A stretch of DNA of 64,000 nucleotides, taken from positions 12,111 to 76,110 of the IMG/VR virus record IMGVR_UViG_3300025117_000061; one strand, given 5' to 3'. This stretch comes from a virus. Below are positions 36,505 through 46,399 of this stretch, in pieces (the first letter of the stretch is position 1; each line of letters begins with the position of its first letter). The notes beneath the pieces were generated by a model. That model ran no database searches, was not told the origin of the DNA, and worked only from the letters and a program-made list of their open reading frames with translations. A program made the position numbers and the translations under genes.

Positions 36505-36735
36505 ATGAAGGCGAAGGCAAGAACGAAAGCAGTAGCGGTGGGAATGATTCTATTTTTTATGGCGTTATTGCTGGTGGGTTGCGCGACGACAAGACCAACG
36601 GCGACAACCATTGACGGAGTAACGATGGTGACGAATCAAGCCAAGCCGCTCGAGAAAAAGAGTGATGGGCAGCATATCTTCGAGGATATCGTTGACATTG
36701 CGATCATGGCGATAACGATTCCGATTGTGTACTAA
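36505..36735 (+). CDS. small lipoprotein with C-terminal TM
   Basis: lipobox LLVG-C; AAGGAGGGG SD. Confidence 0.65.
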   Translation: MKAKARTKAVAVGMILFFMALLLVGCATTRPTATTIDGVTMVTNQAKPLEKKSDGQHIFEDIVDIAIMAITIPIVY

Positions 36736-36748
36736 GAGGAGAGGGTGT

Positions 36749-36931
36749 GTGAAGACCAGCAGAGTCTATGATTATCATTGCAAACATTGTGGATACAAGG
36801 CAGAGTGCTTCGTATCCTTTGATTGCGACCCGGACGAACAGCATCCGGAATGCCCGTGCTGTCAAGGGAAAATGGACAAGTTGATGCCGGCCCCGGTGTG
36901 GTCGTGGGCTTCGGGGAGTCGAGGTTTTTGA
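36749..36931 (+). CDS. FmdB-family zinc-ribbon protein
   Basis: YDYHCKHCG...CPCC...MDKLMPAP. Confidence 0.75.
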   Translation: MKTSRVYDYHCKHCGYKAECFVSFDCDPDEQHPECPCCQGKMDKLMPAPVWSWASGSRGF

Positions 36932-38946
36932 TGGCGAAGAAGAAGACATCCAAGCGCAAGTACGACGAAACCATTGAAGGGGCCATGTGCTCCGCGATGA
37001 TGCATGAGTACGAGACCTGTAAGCAGAATCAGCGAGTGGACTTCGATGACTTCGAGTCGTACTTGGCCCTTCTCGATGCCGAGAGGACGGAGAAAGACTA
37101 TGATTGGATGTCCGACATTCACATTCCGGAGTTCCTCTCTCACATGCTTACTCAACTCAGCATGGATGTGGATACTTACTATCAATCCAGGGATTTCGTG
37201 GAGTGCTACCTCCAGGACGAGTCAATAGAAGCCCTGCGCGCGTCGGACGCCACAAAGGAGCTTATCAACCGAACGTTGAATCAGCGCTCATTGTTTCATT
37301 ACCTCAAGTTTGTCAGGGCTCGGCTTTTGAACCGGTTGGACGGGAAGGTTTACGCCGAATGCTTGTGGAATCAGCAGAGCAGAAAGGCTATCACGGGATA
37401 CGAGGAGGTTTATCAGGAGCTCGATGTTGACGTTGACGGGAACCCGATAGAAGATCCGGAGACACAGGAGGCCAAGATTGAACTTGTTAAGAGGCCGGTT
37501 TACGGTGAGAAGGTTTTCATTGACCAGTTCGAGTATGAGATCCTTGATCCTCGCAACGTATTCACGGACAACTCCTATGTGTATTCGCTCCAGCAGAAGC
37601 CTTATGTCATAATCAGATCAGAAAAAACGCTGTCTCAGCTCAAGCGGGATAAGGACCGGGCCGGATATTTCAACCTGGACCTGCTGGAGGAAGTTGGGAC
37701 CGGGGAAGAGACCGAGACGGCACGGGAGACTTACAACAAGGATGAGAACAAGGAGTACGCTCCTCCCAAGGGAGAGAAGAAATTCGACATTCTGAAACGA
37801 TACGGCGAGGATTGGTGCCTTGTAGATGAAATGGACGACATGGTCGGGCTTCCGAGTAAGGTGAGCCCTGGAGTTGACGAGGACGGGGAGCCGCTGGAGA
37901 AAGCGGAGCTCCATCACGTCATCAAGGAAATAGCCATGTCTGATGGAAGCAGCGGGACGTTGATCGCCTTCCATGTGACTCCGTATCTCGACGCCAGCGA
38001 CATTCCGTACATCCCGGTTATCCGTGGACTTTGCTATCCTCATCCGGTTAATGATGGAGGGTTCGGGGATGCTAAGCATGTGAAGGACCTGCAAATAGCC
38101 ATCGACGACACCTTCAATTTGTGCCAGGACGGAACCATGCTGGCGACCATTCCTCTCTTCCAGGGGAAAGAGTTGAGCATAGAGGACAACGATTCCCTCT
38201 TCGTAGAGCCGGGGCACATTATGAGTGTCAAGGAGATCGGGGACCTTCAGCAATTCCCGATCAGAACGGACATTGGTGGGTCGATGAATCAGTTGTCGAT
38301 GCTGTTTTCTAAGATGCAGCAGTTCGACGCGACCTTCCCGACGACCATGGGGGACGTCCCGAGCCGGGCATCCACGACGGCAACGGCCGTGGCTGGGGCC
38401 GAAGGCCGGTCAAATCAGAGATCCAATTTCAAAGCTCTTACCTTCGAGCATACCTTTGACGATCAGCTTTATTGGATGATCCAGCAGATGACATGGAGGT
38501 TCGCCAAACCAGAAACCGGGTACAAGCTCATGGGCCAGAAGGTTTTACACTTCGATCCCACGAGGGATTATTGGTTCAAGCCGTTATCCCAGGCGCTGGA
38601 AGGAGAGCAGAGCAAACAGGCCAAGATCCGCAACCTGCTTCAATTTATTCAGGCTCTTTCTCCATATTCTCAGCTCTATGCGAACGATCCTCAGTTCAAG
38701 GTGTTCATGAACTACTTGTTCGAAAGAAGCGCAACCTACATGGGTGACGAGGTTGTGAATGTGTCAAGGAAGCTCTTGAACCCCAATGTCATGCCTCGGT
38801 TGCAGGCGCCTGGGGGAAATGGTCAGCAAGGTGGAGGACCGGCACTCCCCGGAGCGTCATTCGAGGCACCGACCGGGAATCAGAACGGGATGCCGCAGAG
38901 CGATACAGAGGTCATGGCGAGAGCCAACGCGGGAGGAGGAATGTAA
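36931..38946 (+). CDS. portal protein (P22/podovirus-like)
   Basis: 671 aa after TerL; DPRNVFTD, DLQ.AID...N, TATAV motifs; Q/G/P-rich tail. Confidence 0.85.
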   Translation: MAKKKTSKRKYDETIEGAMCSAMMHEYETCKQNQRVDFDDFESYLALLDAERTEKDYDWMSDIHIPEFLSHMLTQLSMDVDTYYQSRDFVECYLQDESIEALRASDATKELINRTLNQRSLFHYLKFVRARLLNRLDGKVYAECLWNQQSRKAITGYEEVYQELDVDVDGNPIEDPETQEAKIELVKRPVYGEKVFIDQFEYEILDPRNVFTDNSYVYSLQQKPYVIIRSEKTLSQLKRDKDRAGYFNLDLLEEVGTGEETETARETYNKDENKEYAPPKGEKKFDILKRYGEDWCLVDEMDDMVGLPSKVSPGVDEDGEPLEKAELHHVIKEIAMSDGSSGTLIAFHVTPYLDASDIPYIPVIRGLCYPHPVNDGGFGDAKHVKDLQIAIDDTFNLCQDGTMLATIPLFQGKELSIEDNDSLFVEPGHIMSVKEIGDLQQFPIRTDIGGSMNQLSMLFSKMQQFDATFPTTMGDVPSRASTTATAVAGAEGRSNQRSNFKALTFEHTFDDQLYWMIQQMTWRFAKPETGYKLMGQKVLHFDPTRDYWFKPLSQALEGEQSKQAKIRNLLQFIQALSPYSQLYANDPQFKVFMNYLFERSATYMGDEVVNVSRKLLNPNVMPRLQAPGGNGQQGGGPALPGASFEAPTGNQNGMPQSDTEVMARANAGGGM

Positions 38947-39278
38947 TGGCCGACGCACTCCAAAGAGACAAGCTCTCGCAGTTTGTCCAGTCCTTCGGGA
39001 AGAAGCGGACGGTCAACATCCTTTCCACGCTGGGGAAGGGGCAGGCGTTTATTGATGCCATGTCGAGCGTCCCAGGCCAGCAGATCCTTGGCGAAGCGCA
39101 GGCCGAATGGAGTGCCTTGCTGGTCAAGATTGCCAAGCAAGAAGCCACCCCGGAGGATTCGATCAAGTTCAGAGTTTTGGATCAGCTCTTGGTTTCATGG
39201 GCTTCCAAAATCGCCAAGCATTTCGATTATGAGTTGAAGATAGAGGATCAGCTTAAAACCTACAAAGGCGGGAGCTAA
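38946..39278 (+). CDS. hypothetical protein (portal-adjacent)
   Basis: TAATG coupling; GGAGG SD. Confidence 0.65.
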   Translation: MADALQRDKLSQFVQSFGKKRTVNILSTLGKGQAFIDAMSSVPGQQILGEAQAEWSALLVKIAKQEATPEDSIKFRVLDQLLVSWASKIAKHFDYELKIEDQLKTYKGGS

Positions 39279-39279
39279 C

Positions 39280-39438
39280 TTGGACGAGAAGCAAGTCACG
39301 ATAGACAGGATAGTTGAGCAGATCAAGGTGTGGATGGACCGGAAGAAGTACGGAAACATCCAGATCAACTTCTTTGCCGGCGGGGTGAGCAACATCAACT
39401 TGAATGAGAGCGTCAAGGTAACCGAAAAGAGGGGATAG
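39280..39438 (+). CDS. 52-aa protein (KYGNIQINF..G motif; not in ORF track)
   Basis: TTG start with GGGAG SD. Confidence 0.5.
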   Translation: MDEKQVTIDRIVEQIKVWMDRKKYGNIQINFFAGGVSNINLNESVKVTEKRG

Positions 39439-39543
39439 ATAATTTTTCTTGACAACGGCAAGTAACCACGTAATTATATTGGCGTAACTCTAAGAAGGAT
39501 ACTCCTTCAAGGAATCCTTCGAGACTTATCACACAATCCGCAC

Positions 39544-39597
39544 TCCAAGAGACTCCTATCAAGGCAAGCTTGGAAGCCATGATAGGAGTTTTTCTTT
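39544..39597 (+). promoter_or_regulatory. hairpin/pseudoknot sequestering the scaffold-gene SD
   Basis: ACTCCTATCA(39552)/TGATAGGAGT(39580) stem contains AGGAG SD, followed by T-tract; TCCAAG(39544) pairs with loop CTTGGA(39569). Confidence 0.6.
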
Positions 39598-40497
39598 ATG
39601 CCACCCGAAGCCGCCAACGAAGCCAGCCAGTTGCAAGATCAAGACATCAGTCTCGATGATCTGCACCGGGCCGCAGAGGAAGCCAGATCCTTTGTTGAAA
39701 ACGAACCCGTTGCAGCAGACAAGGAAGAAGAGATCCCCCGAGAGGAAAGGTCCGAAGAATTTCCTGTAGAAGCCAAGGAAGAGCCAGAAGAGCCCGCAAG
39801 AACCGAGCGCGAAGAAGAGGAGCCACCGGAGCCCAGAGACAACAAGGAACGGTCACAACTCGGGCGCAAGGTAGCCGCTCTTGAAGGAACTCTCAAGGCC
39901 TACGAGCAGCAAATTCAACAGACCAACATGCTTCTGAATACGCTGTTGCAGCAAAACGCTCCACCCGCTCCCGTCGATCAGACCGTGGAAGGGGAGGATG
40001 AAGCCGAGTACATTCCTTCAACCCGCAAAGAGTTCGATGCTCTGCTCGAAAAAAGAATCAAGCAGATTCAGGAAAAGGAAACTCAAGAACAGACCGCTCA
40101 AAGAACACAATACGAGACGGGGTATCTTTCGACGCTCACCAAACTTGGAGCCGAATCAGACGACTCTGCCCTGCATGAAGAGGCCTTTAAGCTTTCAACC
40201 GAGGCCGGTGCTCCGTACAACGTGGTTCGTACGGGAAACCCGCTCATTGATGCCGAGACAAACTATCATGCCGCGCAGGTACATGTCCTGAAACAAAGGC
40301 TCACGAGAGCGAAGAAGGATGAAGCCCCCAAAAACCCGCTCAAGGGAGATCCGCCGCGGGCTCCTCTTGGGGCACCTTCGGGGATGGCTGCTAAGGTAAA
40401 GGAGCCACCAAAGATCAAGCTTGACGACCATGCCAGGCGCGCGGCCATGAGGATGGGGCTTACCGACGCCGACGTATCCGACATTTTGGGAGCATAG
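39598..40497 (+). CDS. capsid scaffolding protein
   Basis: very acidic N-terminus, coiled coil, C-terminal AAMRMGLT helix; between portal and MCP. Confidence 0.75.
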   Translation: MPPEAANEASQLQDQDISLDDLHRAAEEARSFVENEPVAADKEEEIPREERSEEFPVEAKEEPEEPARTEREEEEPPEPRDNKERSQLGRKVAALEGTLKAYEQQIQQTNMLLNTLLQQNAPPAPVDQTVEGEDEAEYIPSTRKEFDALLEKRIKQIQEKETQEQTAQRTQYETGYLSTLTKLGAESDDSALHEEAFKLSTEAGAPYNVVRTGNPLIDAETNYHAAQVHVLKQRLTRAKKDEAPKNPLKGDPPRAPLGAPSGMAAKVKEPPKIKLDDHARRAAMRMGLTDADVSDILGA

Positions 40498-40501
40498 GTT
40501 C

Positions 40502-40954
40502 ATGTCTTTAGGGAGAGAATACAGGCTTGGAGGAAGAACGCGCATCAGGCATGACGCCCGCACACTTCTTCTTCGCGGGAAAGATTCTCCCGGCAAGAAG
40601 GAACATGGTCGCTACGTCAAGTGTTGGAATTGCGGGTTTATCTGTGACACGGAACGGGATGATTTGGGGGGGGCACAGTCGAGAGCCGGGGATGGAGCGG
40701 AGTTTTACTATGCGATGTATCCGCAATCTTCCGGGAGTGACCGAGGCGTGGTTGCCACTTTGAGTCTGTTCGAAGAAGGGATGAGCGGTGAGTCGTTGAC
40801 CCTGGCTTCATATTCCATGAGGCGAGGACATCGAAGGGGGATGCTTCTTGGTCCCGATGGATCGGAGGTCCCGATTGAATTGACGTATGTCTCGAAGGTA
40901 ACTGGCGGCTGTTCTTTTTGCGGAACCAGAAATTATCGAGGCGATTTTAGATAA
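40502..40954 (+). CDS. zinc-binding protein in head module
   Basis: CWNCGF...GCSFCGT. Confidence 0.65.
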   Translation: MSLGREYRLGGRTRIRHDARTLLLRGKDSPGKKEHGRYVKCWNCGFICDTERDDLGGAQSRAGDGAEFYYAMYPQSSGSDRGVVATLSLFEEGMSGESLTLASYSMRRGHRRGMLLGPDGSEVPIELTYVSKVTGGCSFCGTRNYRGDFR

Positions 40955-40965
40955 GGAGCATTTCA

Positions 40966-41784
40966 ATGGCTGAAGTAGTTTCCCAAAATCCTCAACTGAT
41001 TTGGGCTCCGGTAGCCACCAATGCTGCGAACACACTCTGTGAGGGCTCCATTGTAACCGATGGGACCACGGGTGTTATTGCTCTTGGTGCTGCTGCTGGT
41101 GTTGGTGATACGACCGGGAAAAATGCAACTCTTACTACTGCGGGGGTTCCGCTGGGTGTCGTCGTGGGAACGAGTCGTCAGGAGCCTCTCTACAATTCTA
41201 CCGCGAGGCGGCAGAGCATTGCTTCCATCATTACCAGCAATGCCAACATGACGGTGGATATGATGGGTATCGAGGGCGAGTGGGGGAACGACAAGCAGGC
41301 GTATGTCCAAATCGCCAAGATCACCCCTGAAACCTTGCTTCGCGTTCCCATCTATGATGGAGCGGTTGGTACGGCACCCACAGCGTCTACGGTTACGGGC
41401 GGGGCCAGTGCTACCGGCATGGGTTTCAACACGGCGGCTCTTGATTTCACGACCATCGCCAGCGTTACGACCGCATACTGTACCAAGGGCCTAAACATGG
41501 GATTGTATCGCACCCTCTCCAGTGCGAGTACCACGACCCATACGGTGACGTCGCCGTTTCCTTATGCCACGGCGGTCGGAGATAAGTTCCTGATTTCCTC
41601 TGTCAAGATGTTCGGGACTTCGCTTGTTCAATTCGACGCCACGTCTTCGTACATCGAAAATGATGCGGCTCTGTCCGCCGACTATTACTGGATTGACGTT
41701 ACCAGGCTTTATCTGGGTGAATCCGGCAAGGAATACGTCGAGTTCCGGTTCAACCTTTTTCAGTTCATGCCCGCCTTGGCGTAA
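40966..41784 (+). CDS. virion structural protein (capsid decoration/cement-like)
   Basis: immediately before MCP; Thr/Ala/Gly-rich beta composition. Confidence 0.65.
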   Translation: MAEVVSQNPQLIWAPVATNAANTLCEGSIVTDGTTGVIALGAAAGVGDTTGKNATLTTAGVPLGVVVGTSRQEPLYNSTARRQSIASIITSNANMTVDMMGIEGEWGNDKQAYVQIAKITPETLLRVPIYDGAVGTAPTASTVTGGASATGMGFNTAALDFTTIASVTTAYCTKGLNMGLYRTLSSASTTTHTVTSPFPYATAVGDKFLISSVKMFGTSLVQFDATSSYIENDAALSADYYWIDVTRLYLGESGKEYVEFRFNLFQFMPALA

Positions 41785-41822
41785 CGGCATCCCTGCCGCA
41801 TGAATGAAAGGAGTAAATCACC

Positions 41823-42746
41823 ATGGGTAGCCCTGTAACAAGTGCCCAGTTCAGGAAGTTGGTCGAGGGAAAGGTTCAGCGGGTTGTGCGTAACACGTAC
41901 GACCAGATCCCGTCCGTGAAGGACAAGATTTACGACGTCATCACATCCGACCGAGCCTACGAGGATTTTTATGGAATCACCGGGATACAGGATATCCCCA
42001 GGTTCAACGGTCAGCTTTCGTACCTTTCCATGTTTCCGGGATGGTACACTAAAATCGAGCCCAAGGAGTTTGCCGGCGGTATCCAGTTCGAGCGCAAGCT
42101 GTTGGACGATGAGCGGTATGGCGTTTTGACCGACCGGGCTAGTCTCCTTTCCGAGTCTGTTCGGCGTGTCCAGGTCAAGTACGAGGTTCGCCCCTTCGCA
42201 TATGCGGCCACGGCGGCCTTCGATTTCACCACGTCCGAGGAGGGGGTGGCTTTGGCGTCCAATAGCCATGCCACCAAATCGGGAGTGAGCACGTCGTCTG
42301 GTTTTGATAACCTGGGGACCTCTCCCATTACCAATACGTCCATAGCGACCACGCGGCTCACCATGAAGATGTTCCGGGACGATATTGGAGAGCGGTTCAA
42401 CATGCCCGACGACTTGGTCCTGATTGTTCCGCAGACCCAGGAAGAGGCGGCATGGACCTTCGTCAAGACCCAATCCGGGTATCAAACGGCGGCTTCGGAT
42501 AAGAACTTCCACGCTGACCGCTACGAGATCATGGCCCTCCCGTATCTGGACGACTACGATACGGCGAGTTGGGGTATGGCGAGCAAGTCCCTCATGAAGA
42601 AGTACATGAAGTGGATCGAGCGGATCAAGCCGGACCCCAATACCACCTGGGACTTCGATACCTTCATGCTGAAGCTTTCCATCTATCTGCGGTTCGCCAA
42701 CGGGGTTACGGGCTGGAGGCACCTGTACTGGCACCAGGTTACATAG
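41823..42746 (+). CDS. major capsid protein (Mu gpT-like family)
   Basis: 307 aa; SDRAYED, LLDDERYG, LASNSH, DDIGE...LVLIVP, WR..Y C-terminus. Confidence 0.82.
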   Translation: MGSPVTSAQFRKLVEGKVQRVVRNTYDQIPSVKDKIYDVITSDRAYEDFYGITGIQDIPRFNGQLSYLSMFPGWYTKIEPKEFAGGIQFERKLLDDERYGVLTDRASLLSESVRRVQVKYEVRPFAYAATAAFDFTTSEEGVALASNSHATKSGVSTSSGFDNLGTSPITNTSIATTRLTMKMFRDDIGERFNMPDDLVLIVPQTQEEAAWTFVKTQSGYQTAASDKNFHADRYEIMALPYLDDYDTASWGMASKSLMKKYMKWIERIKPDPNTTWDFDTFMLKLSIYLRFANGVTGWRHLYWHQVT

Positions 42747-42830
42747 GTGCCCGTCTGTTTACGTGAACACTGCGGGGTGGTCAAGAAGACACCCCGGAAC
42801 AAACGAGATATTCAATAGAAGGAGTACACC

Positions 42831-44624
42831 ATGCCTCTCAGTCCTTTTCCTCAAGGGCTTTCGACCTTTGGTGTTCCCGTGCTCCCTGGGGCCGGTACTC
42901 CGCCCATTACCGGAGATGTTTTTTGGGTGGATAACGGAGATCCTATTGCGTCTGATACGCCGAGCAATGGAACATTCGAGCAACCCTTTGATACGATCAA
43001 CTATGCATCCACGAGATGCACCGCAAGCAATGGGGATCAGATCTTCGTCAAGGCCGGGCACGACGAAGCCGTGTCTGCCATCGCCGGCCTCAGTCTTGCC
43101 AAAGCCGGGGTTACGGTGTGGTTTTTGGGTGAAGGTGCAGACAAAGCCAAGGTAACATTTTCAGGCGTTGCCGGTGCCGACATGGATATTGATGCGGCCA
43201 GCATTACCCTGGTCAACCCGAAGTTTGTTGCGGCTCTCGATGCATTGACCGGACCCATCGACGTTAATGCCGCGGACTTCACCATCATCAACGGTGAGTA
43301 TCACGACGGAACCACCATCGATACCACGGACTGTATCGTTGTGACTTCGGCCGCCATCCGGCTCAAAATCCACGGATGGAAGTATTACAAGGGAAATGAG
43401 GCCGGGACTGCGAAGCAGAGCGGGATTCAGCTCAACGGCGTCGATGATGCTGAACTGTTCGACATCGACATCTTCGGTGCGTTCGACGAAGGCAATATCG
43501 AGTGTTTAACGGACGAGTGGCTGAACATGCGCATGAAGAATGTGACGCTCGTTAACACCGATACCGATCCCAGTCCATGTATCGTGGGCGATGCAAATAT
43601 GACCGGCGTTGCCGAGAACGTGAAGTGCCGTGTGGCCTCTGGAACGACCTACGTTTCCAACGTGGGCAAAATGTCTTGGGGTGCGGACTGCGAAGGGTTC
43701 AGCACGGACGGGTACGGTGGTGAGCCCATTGGTACGGCGGTGAGTACGGGTGTTGAAGGAAAACTCGATACAATTACCACGGCCATCGGTGTCATTGACG
43801 AATTCCACGACGTTCCGGCCGCCAATAACGTCCTGAATGCTCAAATCAATGAGGTGATCGGAAATAAGACAGATACAGCGACAACCGGAGCCGTATCGGC
43901 TACCGCTACTTTGGTGGCATATATCAAACAGCTTGTCACCGAGGGTATCGCGCGCGATGCGGCCATCACCACCATTGATAATTTTCTGGATACCGAAGTG
44001 GCGGCGATTCTTGCCGATACCGATACTATCTCTGGGATTACTCTTCCCTCTAACCCGGTGGCCAATTCTCTCGCCGCGTTCATCGCTTCTGGTGGAACGG
44101 CCCTCGGGACCGAATTGGCTGACAGTAAGTCCATCGTGGATGCTATTGGATTCGATGGATCTGCATTCGTTGCCGGCGGGCTTGGCATGTATCTTCCTCG
44201 CTGTGTCGAAAAATCAGACGGAGCCGTACTCACTGGAAACGACAATCTCTTTACTATCACTGGCGGCCCTGTCCGAGCAAAGATTGTTGGATATGTCTCC
44301 GTCGAGATTGGCGGGGCATCGAACGGGGATCTGCAGATCGTAACGACCGCCCCGGCTGCCACCGCTGACCTGAATGCGGCTCCGGTCGCCATTACAAGCG
44401 ATGCTGTCGGGACCGCCTATCACAATGTTGGTGCGACCAGTGTTTTTACCCCGACAACTGCTGGCGCCGTTATCCTTGATCCCGTGACCGAGGAGGAGGT
44501 TGAATTTATTCTTCCTCCCGGGACCGTTCATTTTCGGAGCTCTGGTGCTCAGACTGGAACGATCAAATGGTACATGACCTACACGCCGCTTTCTCCCCTT
44601 AGCGTTGTGACGGCTGCCGCCTAG
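42831..44624 (+). CDS. virion protein with beta-helix-like domain (head fibre/spike candidate)
   Basis: FPQGLSTFGVP, PFDTINYA..RCTA.NGD.I.V..GH start; follows MCP. Confidence 0.65.
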   Translation: MPLSPFPQGLSTFGVPVLPGAGTPPITGDVFWVDNGDPIASDTPSNGTFEQPFDTINYASTRCTASNGDQIFVKAGHDEAVSAIAGLSLAKAGVTVWFLGEGADKAKVTFSGVAGADMDIDAASITLVNPKFVAALDALTGPIDVNAADFTIINGEYHDGTTIDTTDCIVVTSAAIRLKIHGWKYYKGNEAGTAKQSGIQLNGVDDAELFDIDIFGAFDEGNIECLTDEWLNMRMKNVTLVNTDTDPSPCIVGDANMTGVAENVKCRVASGTTYVSNVGKMSWGADCEGFSTDGYGGEPIGTAVSTGVEGKLDTITTAIGVIDEFHDVPAANNVLNAQINEVIGNKTDTATTGAVSATATLVAYIKQLVTEGIARDAAITTIDNFLDTEVAAILADTDTISGITLPSNPVANSLAAFIASGGTALGTELADSKSIVDAIGFDGSAFVAGGLGMYLPRCVEKSDGAVLTGNDNLFTITGGPVRAKIVGYVSVEIGGASNGDLQIVTTAPAATADLNAAPVAITSDAVGTAYHNVGATSVFTPTTAGAVILDPVTEEEVEFILPPGTVHFRSSGAQTGTIKWYMTYTPLSPLSVVTAAA

Positions 44625-44648
44625 TAAGAGTCTCCAACAAGGCAACGA

Positions 44649-44666
44649 ACGGCCCTTCGGGGCCGT
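44649..44666 (+). other. C(UUCG)G tetraloop hairpin
   Basis: ACGGCCC-TTCG-GGGCCGT, intergenic, no clear U tract. Confidence 0.5.
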
Positions 44667-44688
44667 AACCCCAACCAAAAGGAATCCA

Positions 44689-45507
44689 ATGGAAACGACC
44701 ACGACCACAACAATAATCGACAAAACGGCCGGCGCCGATCAGATCAGCTTTTTTGGCGCGGTTGACCGCAAGAACGGGCACAAAGACGGTGCGATCATGT
44801 CGTCATATCCCGCATGGTTTTTCAATCGTCACATTGACGACCTCAAGGAATCCATTGCATCGGACGAACGGATGATGGAGCGGGGGCAAGTCCCGGTCGA
44901 GGCACAGCCGACCCACATTGCCGATATCAAGCAGAGAAAAGAGCGGCTCGATCAGATCTTGGAGTCTCAACCCGGCCTCAATGTGGGTCAAAGAATGCAT
45001 CTCGAGCGCGTGCATCGTGAGCTCGAAAGCCGCATAGTGGATGCCAGGTTTACCTATGACGAGATGAGATATGGCTCGGCGTCGCCTCATGACGAGATGA
45101 TGCGCCAAAAGATGCCATGCATCAAGATGGAGCCGGACATCATCCAGTCCCTCAATCTCAGGGCCAATGCCGATAGTCTGGTTTCCCGAGACGAAGCCGA
45201 GAAGGCATGGAAAATCATAGGGCGGCGCCTGGGCCGGCAGAGCAACACGGGAGTTCTCGAACAGAGGAAGGCCACATGCAGGACCGAAAAGGTTTCAGCC
45301 TTCACGGGAGATCCGGAGAACCCCATGGCTGCACTCTCGGCCATGATCGCCGTCATGGTGAAGGATCAAATCGCCGAAGTTTCTGCGGCGGGAGCGGGCA
45401 ACCCGGCACCGGGGGGAGTAGAGCGAACTTTCGAAACCTTCGCAACCGTACTGGAAAGAAACCAGGGTCAGGAGTCCAAGCGTGGACGGAAAGCTCTTAA
45501 TACGTGA
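44689..45507 (+). CDS. hypothetical protein (head-completion region)
   Basis: 272 aa; AAGGA SD. Confidence 0.7.
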   Translation: METTTTTTIIDKTAGADQISFFGAVDRKNGHKDGAIMSSYPAWFFNRHIDDLKESIASDERMMERGQVPVEAQPTHIADIKQRKERLDQILESQPGLNVGQRMHLERVHRELESRIVDARFTYDEMRYGSASPHDEMMRQKMPCIKMEPDIIQSLNLRANADSLVSRDEAEKAWKIIGRRLGRQSNTGVLEQRKATCRTEKVSAFTGDPENPMAALSAMIAVMVKDQIAEVSAAGAGNPAPGGVERTFETFATVLERNQGQESKRGRKALNT

Positions 45508-46399
45508 GTTGAAAGACCTTCTGAACGAATCTTCCAATTCGGGATGGTTCAGTGAATTCACGGCCTATCAATATCTCTACCAGGCGGCGGTTGAGTTCAC
45601 CATGCGCACGAAATGCCTTCGATCCACGCAGGCCATTACCACGGAGGCCAGCCAAAGTGACTATACCTTGAATGCCGACTTCCTGGACTTCTTTATGCGG
45701 GAGGACGACAACCGAAGGTTCATTAAACTGAACGATGGAAGCACGGACTATTTTATCCCGTTCAGGGATTACGAGGATGTGTTTTACGGGAACAACACCA
45801 CGGCACAGCCCGTTCCTGATTACTTCACCATAACGGACGTGCCTTCTCTCTCGGCCCGCATTACCGGGACGGCCTCTCTTGCAGGAGCGACATCAGGAGG
45901 GGAATGCACATTGACGGATACCAGCTCGAGCACGAAGTTCGCTAATGTGTCAGCCGGGGACATCGTTCACAACACCACGGACGGGTCGGATGGGATTGTC
46001 CTTTCCAAGACCAGCGACACGGCCTTGGTGGCAGCCCTCTTCGAGGGAACCGCGAATGATTGGACGCTCGGAGATTCGTATGTGATCCAGCCCCAGGGCA
46101 GGTACAAGATCGTGGTCGATCCTCCAACGTCCGCGGCCGGATACACAATCACGGTTCCCTACGTGACCCGGCCAGCTCCCGTCTTCTCGGATTATGGGAT
46201 GTATAAATTCCCATCCCAGTATTCGTCAGCCCTCGTGAAGTACGCCTTCTGGCTCTACAAGTATCGAGATGGAGAGCCTTCGTTCGGGGATGCCATGTAC
46301 GTGTTCTTTGACAATCAGTGCAGACTTTTCGGATCGAGTGTTACGAAGAGCCTGCGGGAGAAGCGTCAAATCTCGGTCAATTTCAGGGCAAGACGTTAA
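45482..46399 (+). CDS. head-tail adaptor / tail tubular A-like protein
   Basis: LI.ELKDLLNE...W.....YLYQA; P.YF; YSSALVKYA pattern. Confidence 0.7.
   Translation: MDGKLLIRELKDLLNESSNSGWFSEFTAYQYLYQAAVEFTMRTKCLRSTQAITTEASQSDYTLNADFLDFFMREDDNRRFIKLNDGSTDYFIPFRDYEDVFYGNNTTAQPVPDYFTITDVPSLSARITGTASLAGATSGGECTLTDTSSSTKFANVSAGDIVHNTTDGSDGIVLSKTSDTALVAALFEGTANDWTLGDSYVIQPQGRYKIVVDPPTSAAGYTITVPYVTRPAPVFSDYGMYKFPSQYSSALVKYAFWLYKYRDGEPSFGDAMYVFFDNQCRLFGSSVTKSLREKRQISVNFRARR

Noticed and set aside
41760-42734. Long antisense ORFs (here and at 35538, 50974, 54959, 56078)
   Set aside because: Shadows of GC3-biased genes on the + strand; no SD or recognisable motifs.
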